From the IMG/VR virus record IMGVR_UViG_3300031566_000156: DNA of 39,125 bases; one strand, written 5' to 3'. This DNA is from a virus. Made by a program: the position numbers and the translations under genes. Under the pieces are notes generated by a model that made no database searches, was not told the DNA's origin, and worked only from the letters and a program-made list of their open reading frames with translations. Positions 16,060 to 25,993 of the stretch are shown one piece after another; within the stretch, counting starts at the first letter, position 1; each line of letters begins with the position of its first letter.

Positions 16060-18294
16060 TACAGATGTAGTATTATTTGCTGACTCACTATTTTGCGCAT
16101 TTGTAACATCATCAATCACCAATGTTGGTTGAACTGTTATGTTATTATCGTTATTATTATTTATTGAATCCCTACTTATTATACCTTGGTTTACAGTTGG
16201 TGCAATTGCACCCGGTCGTTGAGGTGCAGCGGCTGTACTGCTTGAAATTGAACCTCCGCCACCAGAAGAATCACCAGGCAATCCACTATCAACCGATAAT
16301 ATATTCTTTACATTTGCTAAACCAGCAGCAACAGCAGCGCCAGCAGCGGCAATACCTAATGCGGGGCCAACTATTGGGATAGGAGCTAGTGAAGCATAAG
16401 CACCAGTAGCCGCCTGATATGTGCTAATTGTAGTCGAAGCAATAGCAGCGGCCTTACCTACTGCTGTTCCTTCACCTGCTATTTGTGCAAGGTTACTTGC
16501 GAAATCGGCACCCAATGAAAGCTTTGCGTCTACTTTTGCTTTCTCTAAAGCAAGATCGGCCTTATCGAACTTCTTTTTTATATTCGTTGTATCAGCTCCA
16601 ATGCTTTTAGCAAAAGCAATCTCTTGTGCTCTTTGAGCTTCTAACCGGATTCTTTCTTGTTCTAATAAATAAAAAGCATTATCTTGATTAGCTGCAAATT
16701 CTGCCTCTTTCTCTATCATTCGAGCTTGTCTGGATTGTTCCCTTAACTCAGCTAAACCTTCTTGATGTGACTTTTCAGCTGATAATTCAGCTTTTAATAA
16801 TCGTTCCGTAATGGCCAACTCTTCAAGTGCTTGCGCTTCAAGTTCTGCATTTTCGGCATCTGCTATTTTTTGTTCTTCAGCCCTAATAGTTTTTAATAAA
16901 GTAGCTCTTTCGGTCTCAAGTTTTCTTGTCTTTTCAAAGTTAGATTTACGCACATTGTATATATCTGCCAGTGCATTTGCTTCTTTATCAAGGTCTTCTT
17001 TTGTACTTCCAGCTAATGCATTTTGTGCTTTTTGAATTGAGTATTTTTGTTGAGCGATACTTAAGTTTCTTGCTAATACTTTTTCTTCAAGTATTAAAGC
17101 TTGATTTAATTTATCAAGTCGTTCCTGACTGGTGAAATTTTCTTTTTGCGCTACATCATTTCTAAGCTTTGCTATTTTTTCTAAGTCCCTAGCATTTGCA
17201 ACTATTGAGCTTCTTATTTGTCTATCTAAATTACCTTGTCTTTTTGCAAGTTGTTTACCTATTTCAATTTCTCTTTTTTGCTCTTCTATAAATTCACTTA
17301 CTGCTTCCTTAGCATCTCCATAAGCTTCACCTAAATTTTTAACACCCTCTGCTGTTCTTTTTGCAGCCTCCAACATCGCTTTTTCGTTTGCCTCAATATC
17401 TTTTTGAGCTTCATCTATTGCCGCCTGATTATCGGTAAATATATTTTTAAACTCCTGCCAGTTTTTATTCATTCCATTGAAAAACTTTTTTATATTTTCA
17501 GAAGCAAATTTGAACGTTCCTACTAAAATATTACCGAATGTATTTTCAAAGAAATCAGATATTTCTTGTAACGTTTCTTTTGGTTCTAATAATGCTTTGC
17601 CCAATGCAGCTAAAGCGGCAATTATATTATTAAATACAACCTCAACAACCGACCATAATTCGTTAAATGTGTCTTGTCCTTCCTCTGTACTATTGAAAAA
17701 TGCCTTTAAAGAGCCTACTACTAAAGCGATTGCCGCAACTATTAACCCAATCGGTCCGAGTGCGACACTAAAAGCCCTACCCATTGCAGTAGCACCAGCA
17801 CTTGCACGACCAACAGCGGGCACAAATTGGCCTAATACCCCAACTGATTGACCCATGCTTTGGTTATAATTACCTACATTTCGCCTAGTATCACCAGTTG
17901 CTTTTTCTTCCTTCTTTAAAGCTGCTGTTAATTGGGCTTTTTGTGCTGTTAATTTCTTGCCTTCTACTGTGTTTGTTCGTTCTTCTTTGCTTAATTTAGA
18001 CCATTGCACACTTACGACGGCTAATTGTTTACGCATTTGGTCTATGCTGCCAGTATTTGCATCATTTGCAGCTATTACATTTTGTGTTAGTTTTTGATTA
18101 GTACGTAATTCAGTAGCAACCACCTTCAAAGATGCCTGACTTTCAATATATTCATCGGATAATTCACCTTGTGTTTCCTTAAGTTTCTTTGATTCTTCCT
18201 TAAGTTGCTGCATAGTTATTTGAAGTGCCCGTGTATCACTTGTGGCTTTCTCAACATTAATCGTCAAATCTACTATTTCTACTTTTTCAGCCAT
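16054..18294 (-). CDS. Tape-measure-like / internal ejection-type protein (746 aa)
   Basis: Long coiled coils plus Gly/Ala hydrophobic segments (GPIGLIVAAIALVVGSL; IVGPALGIAAAGAAVAAGLA). Confidence 0.6.
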   Translation of the reverse strand: MAEKVEIVDLTINVEKATSDTRALQITMQQLKEESKKLKETQGELSDEYIESQASLKVVATELRTNQKLTQNVIAANDANTGSIDQMRKQLAVVSVQWSKLSKEERTNTVEGKKLTAQKAQLTAALKKEEKATGDTRRNVGNYNQSMGQSVGVLGQFVPAVGRASAGATAMGRAFSVALGPIGLIVAAIALVVGSLKAFFNSTEEGQDTFNELWSVVEVVFNNIIAALAALGKALLEPKETLQEISDFFENTFGNILVGTFKFASENIKKFFNGMNKNWQEFKNIFTDNQAAIDEAQKDIEANEKAMLEAAKRTAEGVKNLGEAYGDAKEAVSEFIEEQKREIEIGKQLAKRQGNLDRQIRSSIVANARDLEKIAKLRNDVAQKENFTSQERLDKLNQALILEEKVLARNLSIAQQKYSIQKAQNALAGSTKEDLDKEANALADIYNVRKSNFEKTRKLETERATLLKTIRAEEQKIADAENAELEAQALEELAITERLLKAELSAEKSHQEGLAELREQSRQARMIEKEAEFAANQDNAFYLLEQERIRLEAQRAQEIAFAKSIGADTTNIKKKFDKADLALEKAKVDAKLSLGADFASNLAQIAGEGTAVGKAAAIASTTISTYQAATGAYASLAPIPIVGPALGIAAAGAAVAAGLANVKNILSVDSGLPGDSSGGGGSISSSTAAAPQRPGAIAPTVNQGIISRDSINNNNDNNITVQPTLVIDDVTNAQNSESANNTTSVI

Positions 18295-18296
18295 AA

Positions 18297-20312
18297 CTAA
18301 TAATAATAATCAAATTCACCATCGACAAAAGCATCTTCTACACCATCAGCCCAATAATTTAAATCGGGTGGAGTTACAGGTGTTCTATTTCCAATTTTTA
18401 ATAATTCTACCTTTGTAGGGTTCTTACTTTTTTCAGGATTAAACCCACTAATCTTGTTTATAAAAAAAGCACCGTTTAATTCTTTAATCCAATATTGTTT
18501 AAAAAATTCAAAGTTTCGAATGTCTTCCATTGTTAACCACATCTCAACATCATACATTTTTGGATAATCAATTATTTCATCAAGAAAATTATACTCATCA
18601 GCGAGATTATAAATTTCAGCAATTTGCATTACTCTTTGTTCTACGAAAAAATATAAAGTATCTGAATATTCATAATACCAAGTAACTATCTCCCTACTTG
18701 TATATGTATCGCTAATGTAAAATGTGAATGTATTAAATGATTCCTTATCTCCTAAGTATGAATAGGATTCGCTATTTGAATTAATAATAGAAGGTACATA
18801 AGCGTCTATCTCTATTAAATCAGCATTTATATCTAAGTTTACATTTAAACATGTTAGCAGTTTGCTATTTGCTAAATCACTTCCTTCCGGATAAACTTCT
18901 TTAAACTTAATATAATTATTTTGTGCGTATCCATCTATTCGAGGTTTAAAATTTGGAGTCCCAGTTATCTTGCCGCTAAAATCAACAACCTCCGCAATGT
19001 CTTCTATGTCATCAAATCTTGCAAATCTTATTATATTATCAGAACCAACTTTAAATTCATCTTTAATAATATTTAGATGATTCATAAATGAAACGACAAA
19101 GTCATATACTAATTTATCAGCCTTATCTTTTTGCTCAGTTAGTGGTAAAAAAGAATCCGTTCTATTAATTCTAAAAAATGAATTGCCATCTCTCATATAC
19201 ACGTCTAGTTCTCTAATAGGTATGTATAATTTTTGCGCAATAACATCATCCCAGATATTAGCTGGAAGAACTCCTCCCGATGTAAGTAAGTTTACATTAT
19301 ACTTGTATTCAATAAATTCAAATAATGTTCTAACATAGACACAAAAATGCCCACCTATCCCTGATTCATCATTTGTCTCTCTTCTTAAATAAATCGCCCC
19401 TCCGATATTACCATAATCATAGGTAGTTTCTAAAAATTCAGTCCCTGTAGGAATGCCAGGATAAAGTATTGTGCTTGTTGGATTACTATTTACAAACGAG
19501 GAAAAGGAAACTATTGCCATATTAGTTGAACTATCTAATGCAGTTGCAACATTCCTAGTTAGTATTATTGAATCACCATCAGATGAAGCAATAAAGTATT
19601 GAGAAACAACTGTATTTGAATTTAAAAGAATTGCCGCTGCCGCTGCTAATGTTGCTAATGTTGTAAATCCTGATATAGCAACATATATTGTTTCACTCCC
19701 TAATAAAGGATGAGATACAACAACATTCATGCTAGGATTAAATGGCGTTCCGGTTCCGGTTAATTTTGTTTGAATTGCCTGTCTCTGCCCTACTGAAACA
19801 TAATCGCCAAAGTTCCCAATAAAGTAAGGAAGAAACACCCCACTTGTGGAACTGTAATATGAATCTAAAAATGCAGAACCTAAACCAGTAAAAGGATCGG
19901 ATTGAATTGGTAATCCCTTTTCAGAATTTAACCACACTAATAATTCATCTACAAAATCAGGCCATAAGTCCCGCTTAATATCTTCCCAGAAATCTTGCTT
20001 TTCAAATATAAATAAATTGATTCTATCGTTTATATTTTCAACCCTTATCTTTGCGTTGTTAATTATCTTGTCATTATTTAGCCAATAATTACAAATTGCA
20101 GTTTCATAAACTTTAGTTGATTTGCTTTGAGGGTCGTTCGCTAATCCAAAGATTGAAAGGTTGTTTGAAGTAAGCGGGACATTAAAAGTATTACTGACAG
20201 TTACAAAAGCCTTCCCTACATCTTTGACATCATAACTTTGCAAGTCTAACCCAATCGATGTCTTTTCGTCAATATTTACTTCTATATCATTTATCCTTAA
20301 TAACCTGCTCAT
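18297..20312 (-). CDS. Large tail/baseplate-type structural protein (671 aa)
   Basis: Called on size and its position directly upstream of the tape-measure-like gene, with 4-nt overlaps on both sides. Confidence 0.55.
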   Translation of the reverse strand: MSRLLRINDIEVNIDEKTSIGLDLQSYDVKDVGKAFVTVSNTFNVPLTSNNLSIFGLANDPQSKSTKVYETAICNYWLNNDKIINNAKIRVENINDRINLFIFEKQDFWEDIKRDLWPDFVDELLVWLNSEKGLPIQSDPFTGLGSAFLDSYYSSTSGVFLPYFIGNFGDYVSVGQRQAIQTKLTGTGTPFNPSMNVVVSHPLLGSETIYVAISGFTTLATLAAAAAILLNSNTVVSQYFIASSDGDSIILTRNVATALDSSTNMAIVSFSSFVNSNPTSTILYPGIPTGTEFLETTYDYGNIGGAIYLRRETNDESGIGGHFCVYVRTLFEFIEYKYNVNLLTSGGVLPANIWDDVIAQKLYIPIRELDVYMRDGNSFFRINRTDSFLPLTEQKDKADKLVYDFVVSFMNHLNIIKDEFKVGSDNIIRFARFDDIEDIAEVVDFSGKITGTPNFKPRIDGYAQNNYIKFKEVYPEGSDLANSKLLTCLNVNLDINADLIEIDAYVPSIINSNSESYSYLGDKESFNTFTFYISDTYTSREIVTWYYEYSDTLYFFVEQRVMQIAEIYNLADEYNFLDEIIDYPKMYDVEMWLTMEDIRNFEFFKQYWIKELNGAFFINKISGFNPEKSKNPTKVELLKIGNRTPVTPPDLNYWADGVEDAFVDGEFDYYY

Positions 20313-20836
20313 ATCATCGTTATACTGTAATGCGTTGGAAGTGTGATGGTTATATCAATCCTTCCTGTATTCCCTCTTGACCTTTTCACTATTGAGTTTT
20401 GTACTTGAATTTCAACTGCCAACCAGTCACTTACTATGTCTGTTGTGCCATCCCCGATATATAAATAAACTCTAGGGCTTGTATAAATATCGGTGAGCTT
20501 TTCTAGTTCTTCATTTGTTACATCTGCATTAGCAAATATTTGTCTCTCATTATTGTAACCAATTGAGTTTTCACCTGACTGGTCAGTTTTTATATTGGTG
20601 ATAAATTTATTAACCTTACCAATCAATTTAGGATTGTCTCTTTTTTCGTAATAACTATTAAAAGGATAAAACCTATATTGGCCATTCCTATCAAGATACT
20701 TTAATATCAACCCACCATCGCAATAATCAATAGGCTTAACGGTTTTGCTTGCTACATTAATGTAGTTCACCGTCCAGTTAATTACCTTCTCGGTGTCTGC
20801 TATTGTTTTGTATCTGTAATATCCTATTGAACTCAT
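20309..20836 (-). CDS. Tail structural protein (175 aa)
   Basis: ORF track; ATGA-type overlaps with both neighbours. Confidence 0.6.
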   Translation of the reverse strand: MSSIGYYRYKTIADTEKVINWTVNYINVASKTVKPIDYCDGGLILKYLDRNGQYRFYPFNSYYEKRDNPKLIGKVNKFITNIKTDQSGENSIGYNNERQIFANADVTNEELEKLTDIYTSPRVYLYIGDGTTDIVSDWLAVEIQVQNSIVKRSRGNTGRIDITITLPTHYSITMI

Positions 20837-21282
20837 ACGTGCTGTATAACAATATAACCTCTATTAAACGATGGATTATTAAATAATGAACTATCAAACC
20901 ATGCAAGGCCAACCCTTGATAATGATACACTAGTAATATTTATTTGGTTAATAGAACCTACTACAACTCCATTTCTTGAAACTAAATCGTAAAATGCGTT
21001 TGTACCATCTTCTATAATTACTACATTGATACTTCTTATATCTGCCAATATTAATCCATGTGCGATACTTACACTTGCAGTTGTATCCATATCCCAATTA
21101 CCAATGTTTACTACTGTGGTATTTAGTGTTGGAGTTGTGAAAGTTAGATTCGCTTGCATATAAGCAACTAACTCCGCTATTGTCATGTTCTCAGTAATAA
21201 CACCAGCCCCACCAAATGCAATATTTTTAGTATTCGTAGGTGTCGGGTTATTAGGTTGTTCAAATATTCTTTCTAATGCCAT
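20833..21282 (-). CDS. Structural hypothetical protein (149 aa)
   Basis: ORF track. Confidence 0.6.
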   Translation of the reverse strand: MALERIFEQPNNPTPTNTKNIAFGGAGVITENMTIAELVAYMQANLTFTTPTLNTTVVNIGNWDMDTTASVSIAHGLILADIRSINVVIIEDGTNAFYDLVSRNGVVVGSINQINITSVSLSRVGLAWFDSSLFNNPSFNRGYIVIQHV

Positions 21283-21902
21283 TATACTGCTGTTAAGATT
21301 GTAAAAATATCATCGTTGTAATCTGTAAATTCATCATCGTTATAATCTGCTGCTGTTGCTTCTGTTAATACGGGGCCATCTATTGCAACCAGATTGCTTT
21401 CATCATCATTGTAAAAGTAAACATAAACGAAGCTATCTTGTGGAGCAAAAAATGTATCACTATCATTATTAAATTGGTCTTCCAAATTAGGATATTCACC
21501 AAATTGTCTAAATGCCTGCGCTGCATCAATCAACACCTCATCATTGGTAGTTGATAAATCAGGGTCGATAAACTTAATTTTGAATTGAGTAGTAATATTA
21601 TCTACAAATTCTAACGTATCATTTAATTGAGCGAAGTCTTCAAAGTCATCAATCAATGCTTTTAATGCACCTTCGGCTTTAAATACAAATTGTCTGGATG
21701 TAGTTGATAAATCTTTATAAGGAATCGCTGCGTATGTTTCTAAAACTACATCGCTTGTATCTAATATTTCCACATCAACAGCATCAGGAGTTAAGCCAGT
21801 ATAAACCACATCCGCAATAAAAGTTAAAGGGCTTTGTATCGGCATAAGATTAGAACCGTTTACAATGTTGTCTTGAGATATAGTTATACTAGTTATTGCC
21901 AT
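21282..21902 (-). CDS. Highly acidic structural-block protein (206 aa)
   Basis: D/E-rich, with the C-terminal duplication DYNDDEFT / DYNDDIFT. Confidence 0.6.
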   Translation of the reverse strand: MAITSITISQDNIVNGSNLMPIQSPLTFIADVVYTGLTPDAVDVEILDTSDVVLETYAAIPYKDLSTTSRQFVFKAEGALKALIDDFEDFAQLNDTLEFVDNITTQFKIKFIDPDLSTTNDEVLIDAAQAFRQFGEYPNLEDQFNNDSDTFFAPQDSFVYVYFYNDDESNLVAIDGPVLTEATAADYNDDEFTDYNDDIFTILTAV

Positions 21903-22162
21903 TATAAGTTACAATTACAGTTATCAATTGGTCTTAAGTAATAAGCAAAGTTGTGTTTCTCATACTTCACATAATTTCCTTTATTGTCCATGGTCAAAAT
22001 AAAATCAGCTTCAATTTTCATTATTACCACCGTATCAATAATATCATAATCGAATGATTCAGGTGGTGAAAAAATATAACATTCACCTTCAATCATTTCT
22101 GGTTGATAATAGATAGGTTCACATGAAAAAAAGAATAATACTAAAATAATTAAATATCTCAT
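21902..22162 (-). CDS. Putative lipoprotein (86 aa)
   Basis: MRYLIILVLFFFSC: a signal peptide ending in Cys (lipobox-like). Confidence 0.55.
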   Translation of the reverse strand: MRYLIILVLFFFSCEPIYYQPEMIEGECYIFSPPESFDYDIIDTVVIMKIEADFILTMDNKGNYVKYEKHNFAYYLRPIDNCNCNL

Positions 22163-22632
22163 CTTACTATTTTTATAACATCACTTTTAATTTGGTCAAC
22201 CTTAAACAATAATAATTGACTGGTCAACTCTTTTATCTTATCATTGGTAATTACATCAGAGACTAAACCTCCTTTATTATATCTGTTTGGAACTTTCCAT
22301 CCTTCCCTTGCAATCTTCCAGGCGACAGCATAAGGATTAACATTTATTCCTTTATCCTTTACCCACTTATCTAAGAATGTAGAACCTGCCCAGCCTACCC
22401 ACGCTTTTAATGCTTCAGGTGATTGATTTTTATTTGGCTGCCTTCCATTCTCTAATTGCTCGGTATAATCGTTTGCTAATATCTTTGCATTAATAGTAGT
22501 GCTTGTTACTTCACTTTTACTTTCCAGCGAGTTACCCCAATCACCTGAAGCTTTCAACCCTAATTTAATGTAATTATTAAACAGGTCTTTCTTTGTATCT
22601 ATTAACCACTTATTTACAATGTCTTCTATCAT
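22159..22632 (-). CDS. Hypothetical virion-block protein (157 aa)
   Basis: ORF track. Confidence 0.6.
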   Translation of the reverse strand: MIEDIVNKWLIDTKKDLFNNYIKLGLKASGDWGNSLESKSEVTSTTINAKILANDYTEQLENGRQPNKNQSPEALKAWVGWAGSTFLDKWVKDKGINVNPYAVAWKIAREGWKVPNRYNKGGLVSDVITNDKIKELTSQLLLFKVDQIKSDVIKIVR

Positions 22633-23069
22633 TGTACAAATATTGCATTAACTGAACTGGCAAAATCTAAATTGGTATCGTAAACATTCCACTCAACAAT
22701 CATTGGAAAACTTGTAATTTCCAATTCATTATTACAAGCGAACTCATTCATCCCATTGGCTAATAATTGAGCTAAAGCTTTTAACCTTCTATCATACTTT
22801 TGCTTTGGTGTCTCATCCATGCTGGAAACAGTGCCAGCTAATTCAAACTTTCTACCTAACATTAATAAACAATTGTATGTTATTGCAGGTATTGAACCAT
22901 TTTGTAAAGTTGGTTCTGCTTGAAAGTCAGCAATCAATATTAAATCATCAGCTTCAAATTCTTGATTAACTCCTATGTTTGTATAGAATTGGTCAAACGT
23001 ATAATAGAACTTCCAGCCCTTGCCAGTTGCATAAGTTTCTAAAGCTCCAATAATGTCAAATTGTTCCAT
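22629..23069 (-). CDS. Hypothetical protein (146 aa), first gene of the tail/ejection block
   Basis: ORF track. The ATG lies 5 nt after a canonical -7 box. Confidence 0.65.
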   Translation of the reverse strand: MEQFDIIGALETYATGKGWKFYYTFDQFYTNIGVNQEFEADDLILIADFQAEPTLQNGSIPAITYNCLLMLGRKFELAGTVSSMDETPKQKYDRRLKALAQLLANGMNEFACNNELEITSFPMIVEWNVYDTNLDFASSVNAIFVQ

Positions 23070-23074
23070 GTTTA

Positions 23075-23129
23075 CAAAGTTATAACTTTAATCTATATAT
23101 TTCAAACATTATATAGATTTTATCTATAT
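23075..23129 (-). promoter_or_regulatory. Late promoter (tail block)
   Basis: -7 TAACTTTG (23075-23082), 20-nt spacer, -33 TTTG (23103-23106). ATATAGAT-type boxes lie at 23091-23098, 23111-23118 (inverted) and 23122-23129. The first about 40 nt nearly match 15997-16036. Confidence 0.7.
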
Positions 23130-23145
23130 TAGTAGATAAATTTTT

Positions 23146-23430
23146 TTAGTTTAGTTCTGTTTTATTAATATGCTTTTCAAGGTATCTCTTTGCGCTTCTG
23201 CCAAACCAACACTCTTGATGCCACCAATCGTAAATAATCCAATCGGTATAGAGTCGTGTCTTTTCATCATGGCTTAATCTCTTAATCCTTCTTAGATGAA
23301 TACGATACATTACTGATTCAATTACCCACTTGTAAGGCAACCAGTTCTTCAATAGCCTATGAAAAACTAAAAGGTACACGGCTGCATAAATTGAACCGAG
23401 TACCCAGAGTGTTATTTTAAATAGTTCCAT
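23146..23430 (-). CDS. Hypothetical membrane protein (94 aa)
   Basis: N-terminal hydrophobic helix LWVLGSIYAAVYLLVF. Confidence 0.55.
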   Translation of the reverse strand: MELFKITLWVLGSIYAAVYLLVFHRLLKNWLPYKWVIESVMYRIHLRRIKRLSHDEKTRLYTDWIIYDWWHQECWFGRSAKRYLEKHINKTELN

Positions 23431-23639
23431 TATTCTATTATATTACTATTCATATCCCAATCACCAAATACTACTTCACCTTTCTTTAAATCCTTATCGT
23501 AATAATTAATAATCCTTCTATAAACATCTTTATTAAAAAGATTATCATCTCCGCCAAAAATCTCAGTACATGGCAATTTTACTACACCTTTTTTTAAATC
23601 AGTTGCATTAGGCTCTAAATACTTTCTCTTGTCTTCCAT
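23430..23639 (-). CDS. Hypothetical protein (69 aa)
   Basis: ORF track. Confidence 0.55.
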   Translation of the reverse strand: MEDKRKYLEPNATDLKKGVVKLPCTEIFGGDDNLFNKDVYRRIINYYDKDLKKGEVVFGDWDMNSNIIE

Positions 23640-23641
23640 AG

Positions 23642-24193
23642 TTATTTTTTTCTAATGTTAATTAATCTCTTTTCAAATTCAGTTCTTTCTGCTTCCAGTA
23701 ATAACTTAGTGAAGCAAATCGAATAAGGTAGTTTTCTTACTTCATCAATCTTTAAGATGTCACCGCCGGCCAATTTATCAAACTGTAAGAATGCTTTATA
23801 CTTTCCAAATTCGTCAAGCCCTGCAATTGTTTCTTCTGCACTTGCTTTGTGTGATAGGTTTGCCGATTCTCTCTTATTGACCTCTTCTATTTCTTCGTAA
23901 AGATACAATCTAAAAGCGTGTAAATCAAATAATGGTAGTTGTGACAACTTGTCTTTATTCTTCCCAGTAAGCTTTTCAATCTCATTAAACAAATCATTCC
24001 ACATAATAAAACCGCTGGAGTTATAAAGCTCTTGTAAGTCCTTTACAAATCCAAATGACAATTCAATAAACTTACCCAGGTTAAAGATGTCTTTTGGTTT
24101 AATATCTGCATACTTAAGATAGTAGTTATAATTATCTCTATCAGTTAGATTGTAGTATTGCAGAAATGATATGTTAGGGACTTTAATTATCAT
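23642..24193 (-). CDS. Hypothetical protein (183 aa)
   Basis: ORF track. Confidence 0.6.
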   Translation of the reverse strand: MIIKVPNISFLQYYNLTDRDNYNYYLKYADIKPKDIFNLGKFIELSFGFVKDLQELYNSSGFIMWNDLFNEIEKLTGKNKDKLSQLPLFDLHAFRLYLYEEIEEVNKRESANLSHKASAEETIAGLDEFGKYKAFLQFDKLAGGDILKIDEVRKLPYSICFTKLLLEAERTEFEKRLINIRKK

Positions 24194-24401
24194 TCTCTAG
24201 TTTTAAAAACTCCTTTAAAGTTTCATCGTAATTGGTTTCAAAAATATAATCACCAATATGATATTTTGCTGTATCAATATCGCTAACAGCACAACCAAGT
24301 TGAATGCAAATAACCTTCTTTGCAAACTTCCTTTGTATCCTTTTCTTTTTGCTTTTTGGCTTTCTTATTATGCCTTTAGTTGAATAGTATATTCTTTTCA
24401 T
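24183..24401 (-). CDS. Hypothetical protein (72 aa)
   Basis: ORF track. A TATATTTG box (24416-24423) lies 15 nt upstream. Confidence 0.55.
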   Translation of the reverse strand: MKRIYYSTKGIIRKPKSKKKRIQRKFAKKVICIQLGCAVSDIDTAKYHIGDYIFETNYDETLKEFLKLENDN

Positions 24402-24430
24402 AGTTAAAGTTTTTACAAATATACAAAAAA

Positions 24431-25651
24431 TTATAATGCTTTTTGGCCTTTTCTTTCATTTGATTTAATTACCATTTGAATGTAATACCTTGCTGCATCT
24501 ATCCTGTGATTATAAGCATCTACTGGAATGCTTTTCTTTTTATCAGACCAAACATAATTATTTAGCTCCGTGCCTATCTTTGTGCTTTCAGTACTTACTA
24601 TTATCTCATAATCTTGCATTATCTTAATCCCTCTTAAAACTGAACCGGCACCCTTTTTAACCGGATGAATAGTATTAACACCTCTCTTTTTTACATCTGC
24701 TATTAATCGAGGTTCTGCGCTATCGGCAAATATTGTTTTGTTTTTTGCTTCAGTTGCTTTAATCTCATTTGCCAATAAATCAACACCTGCATTATTAAGT
24801 TCAAATTCTTCTTTTAAATATATCTTTTTTCTTCTATTGTCTATTGCAACTCTAATTAAAACGTCAGGGTCTGGAAAGAAACCAAAGTCTAAACCATAAC
24901 CGAAAGGTAAACTATTATCGAACTCTCCATACTTCCAGTTATCAAATACAACACCCTCAGCTGCATCTAACCAACCACCTAACATTCTATGATTGTATTT
25001 TTCTGGATTAGTAAGTCTTAACTTCTCAGCTTTATCTAAAAACTTTTTCGATAAATTCTCTTTGTTATCTAAATAAGTAGCATGAATATATGATACATTA
25101 CCTTTTGTTAAATTACTACCAGGTTCAACCCCCTCGTCTTCAAAGAATCTTTTATAAATGAAATGCTCTTTAGTACATGGGTTTAATAATATTATTACTC
25201 GGTTTTGTATTCCTTTTTTTCTTACTGATTCATCTATCTTGTCAAATGTTTCTTCATCTGTTAGCTCTTCTGCTTCGTCTAGCACCCATGTTGTTAAATC
25301 CTGTATTGATTTTAAGTTTGCTGTCTGGTTTCCTGAGCTTGTTTTAATCCCTCTAAACAAAATAGATGAACCGGATTGAGTATTTAGTATATCGGTCTTG
25401 TTTATTTTAAATGCGCTTTGGTGATTTTCTAATTCTATCTTTTGTTCTATCTCTGGTATAATGGATATACCTGCTGATGTTAAAGTGTATCTTGAATAAA
25501 GTATATTGTGCCCTGATTCAAAAGATAAGTTTTCAATAAAATCTGATACTGTGAATGACTTTGCAGAGCCCCTACCACCTGTAATAATAAAGTAGTTCGA
25601 TTTGCTTTGCCATAATGGTTTGAATATTTTTTTAATCTTTAATCTATCCAT
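24431..25651 (-). CDS. terL: Terminase large subunit (406 aa)
   Basis: Walker A YFIITGGRGSAKSF, Walker B WVLDEAEE, and a C-terminal nuclease-type region (ADSAEPRLI ... NHRIDAARY). Resembles the PBSX/Terminase_3-type family. Confidence 0.9.
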   Translation of the reverse strand: MDRLKIKKIFKPLWQSKSNYFIITGGRGSAKSFTVSDFIENLSFESGHNILYSRYTLTSAGISIIPEIEQKIELENHQSAFKINKTDILNTQSGSSILFRGIKTSSGNQTANLKSIQDLTTWVLDEAEELTDEETFDKIDESVRKKGIQNRVIILLNPCTKEHFIYKRFFEDEGVEPGSNLTKGNVSYIHATYLDNKENLSKKFLDKAEKLRLTNPEKYNHRMLGGWLDAAEGVVFDNWKYGEFDNSLPFGYGLDFGFFPDPDVLIRVAIDNRRKKIYLKEEFELNNAGVDLLANEIKATEAKNKTIFADSAEPRLIADVKKRGVNTIHPVKKGAGSVLRGIKIMQDYEIIVSTESTKIGTELNNYVWSDKKKSIPVDAYNHRIDAARYYIQMVIKSNERKGQKAL

Positions 25652-25992
25652 TCTTTTGGATTAATACTCACAGTTCCTTTATGATTGTTTTCATTCCAGT
25701 TTGTAGATAATGATTTTCTTTCATCGTCGTTTCCAATTAACTTATACAAGGCTATTAATTCAGAACCACTTCCCTTGCTTAAACGCTTTCTAAGCAATAT
25801 TTTTTCTTTTATTCTATTCTGGTATAGATTCGCTTTTATAGTATCCGATTCATTCGATTTGTCAGGGAAGAATAAATAATAAGTAGAAGGTGCTATACAC
25901 AAAGAATCAATTATATCTTGAGCAAAAAAGTAGCCATCTGTTTTAGATAACTCTATTGCTTGTTTATATATTTCTTCCTTATCGTATGCCAT
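25639..25992 (-). CDS. Putative terminase small subunit / DNA-recognition protein (117 aa)
   Basis: Overlaps the terL start by 13 nt. Called on small size and position only. Confidence 0.5.
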   Translation of the reverse strand: MAYDKEEIYKQAIELSKTDGYFFAQDIIDSLCIAPSTYYLFFPDKSNESDTIKANLYQNRIKEKILLRKRLSKGSGSELIALYKLIGNDDERKSLSTNWNENNHKGTVSINPKEWID

Positions 25993-25993
25993 T

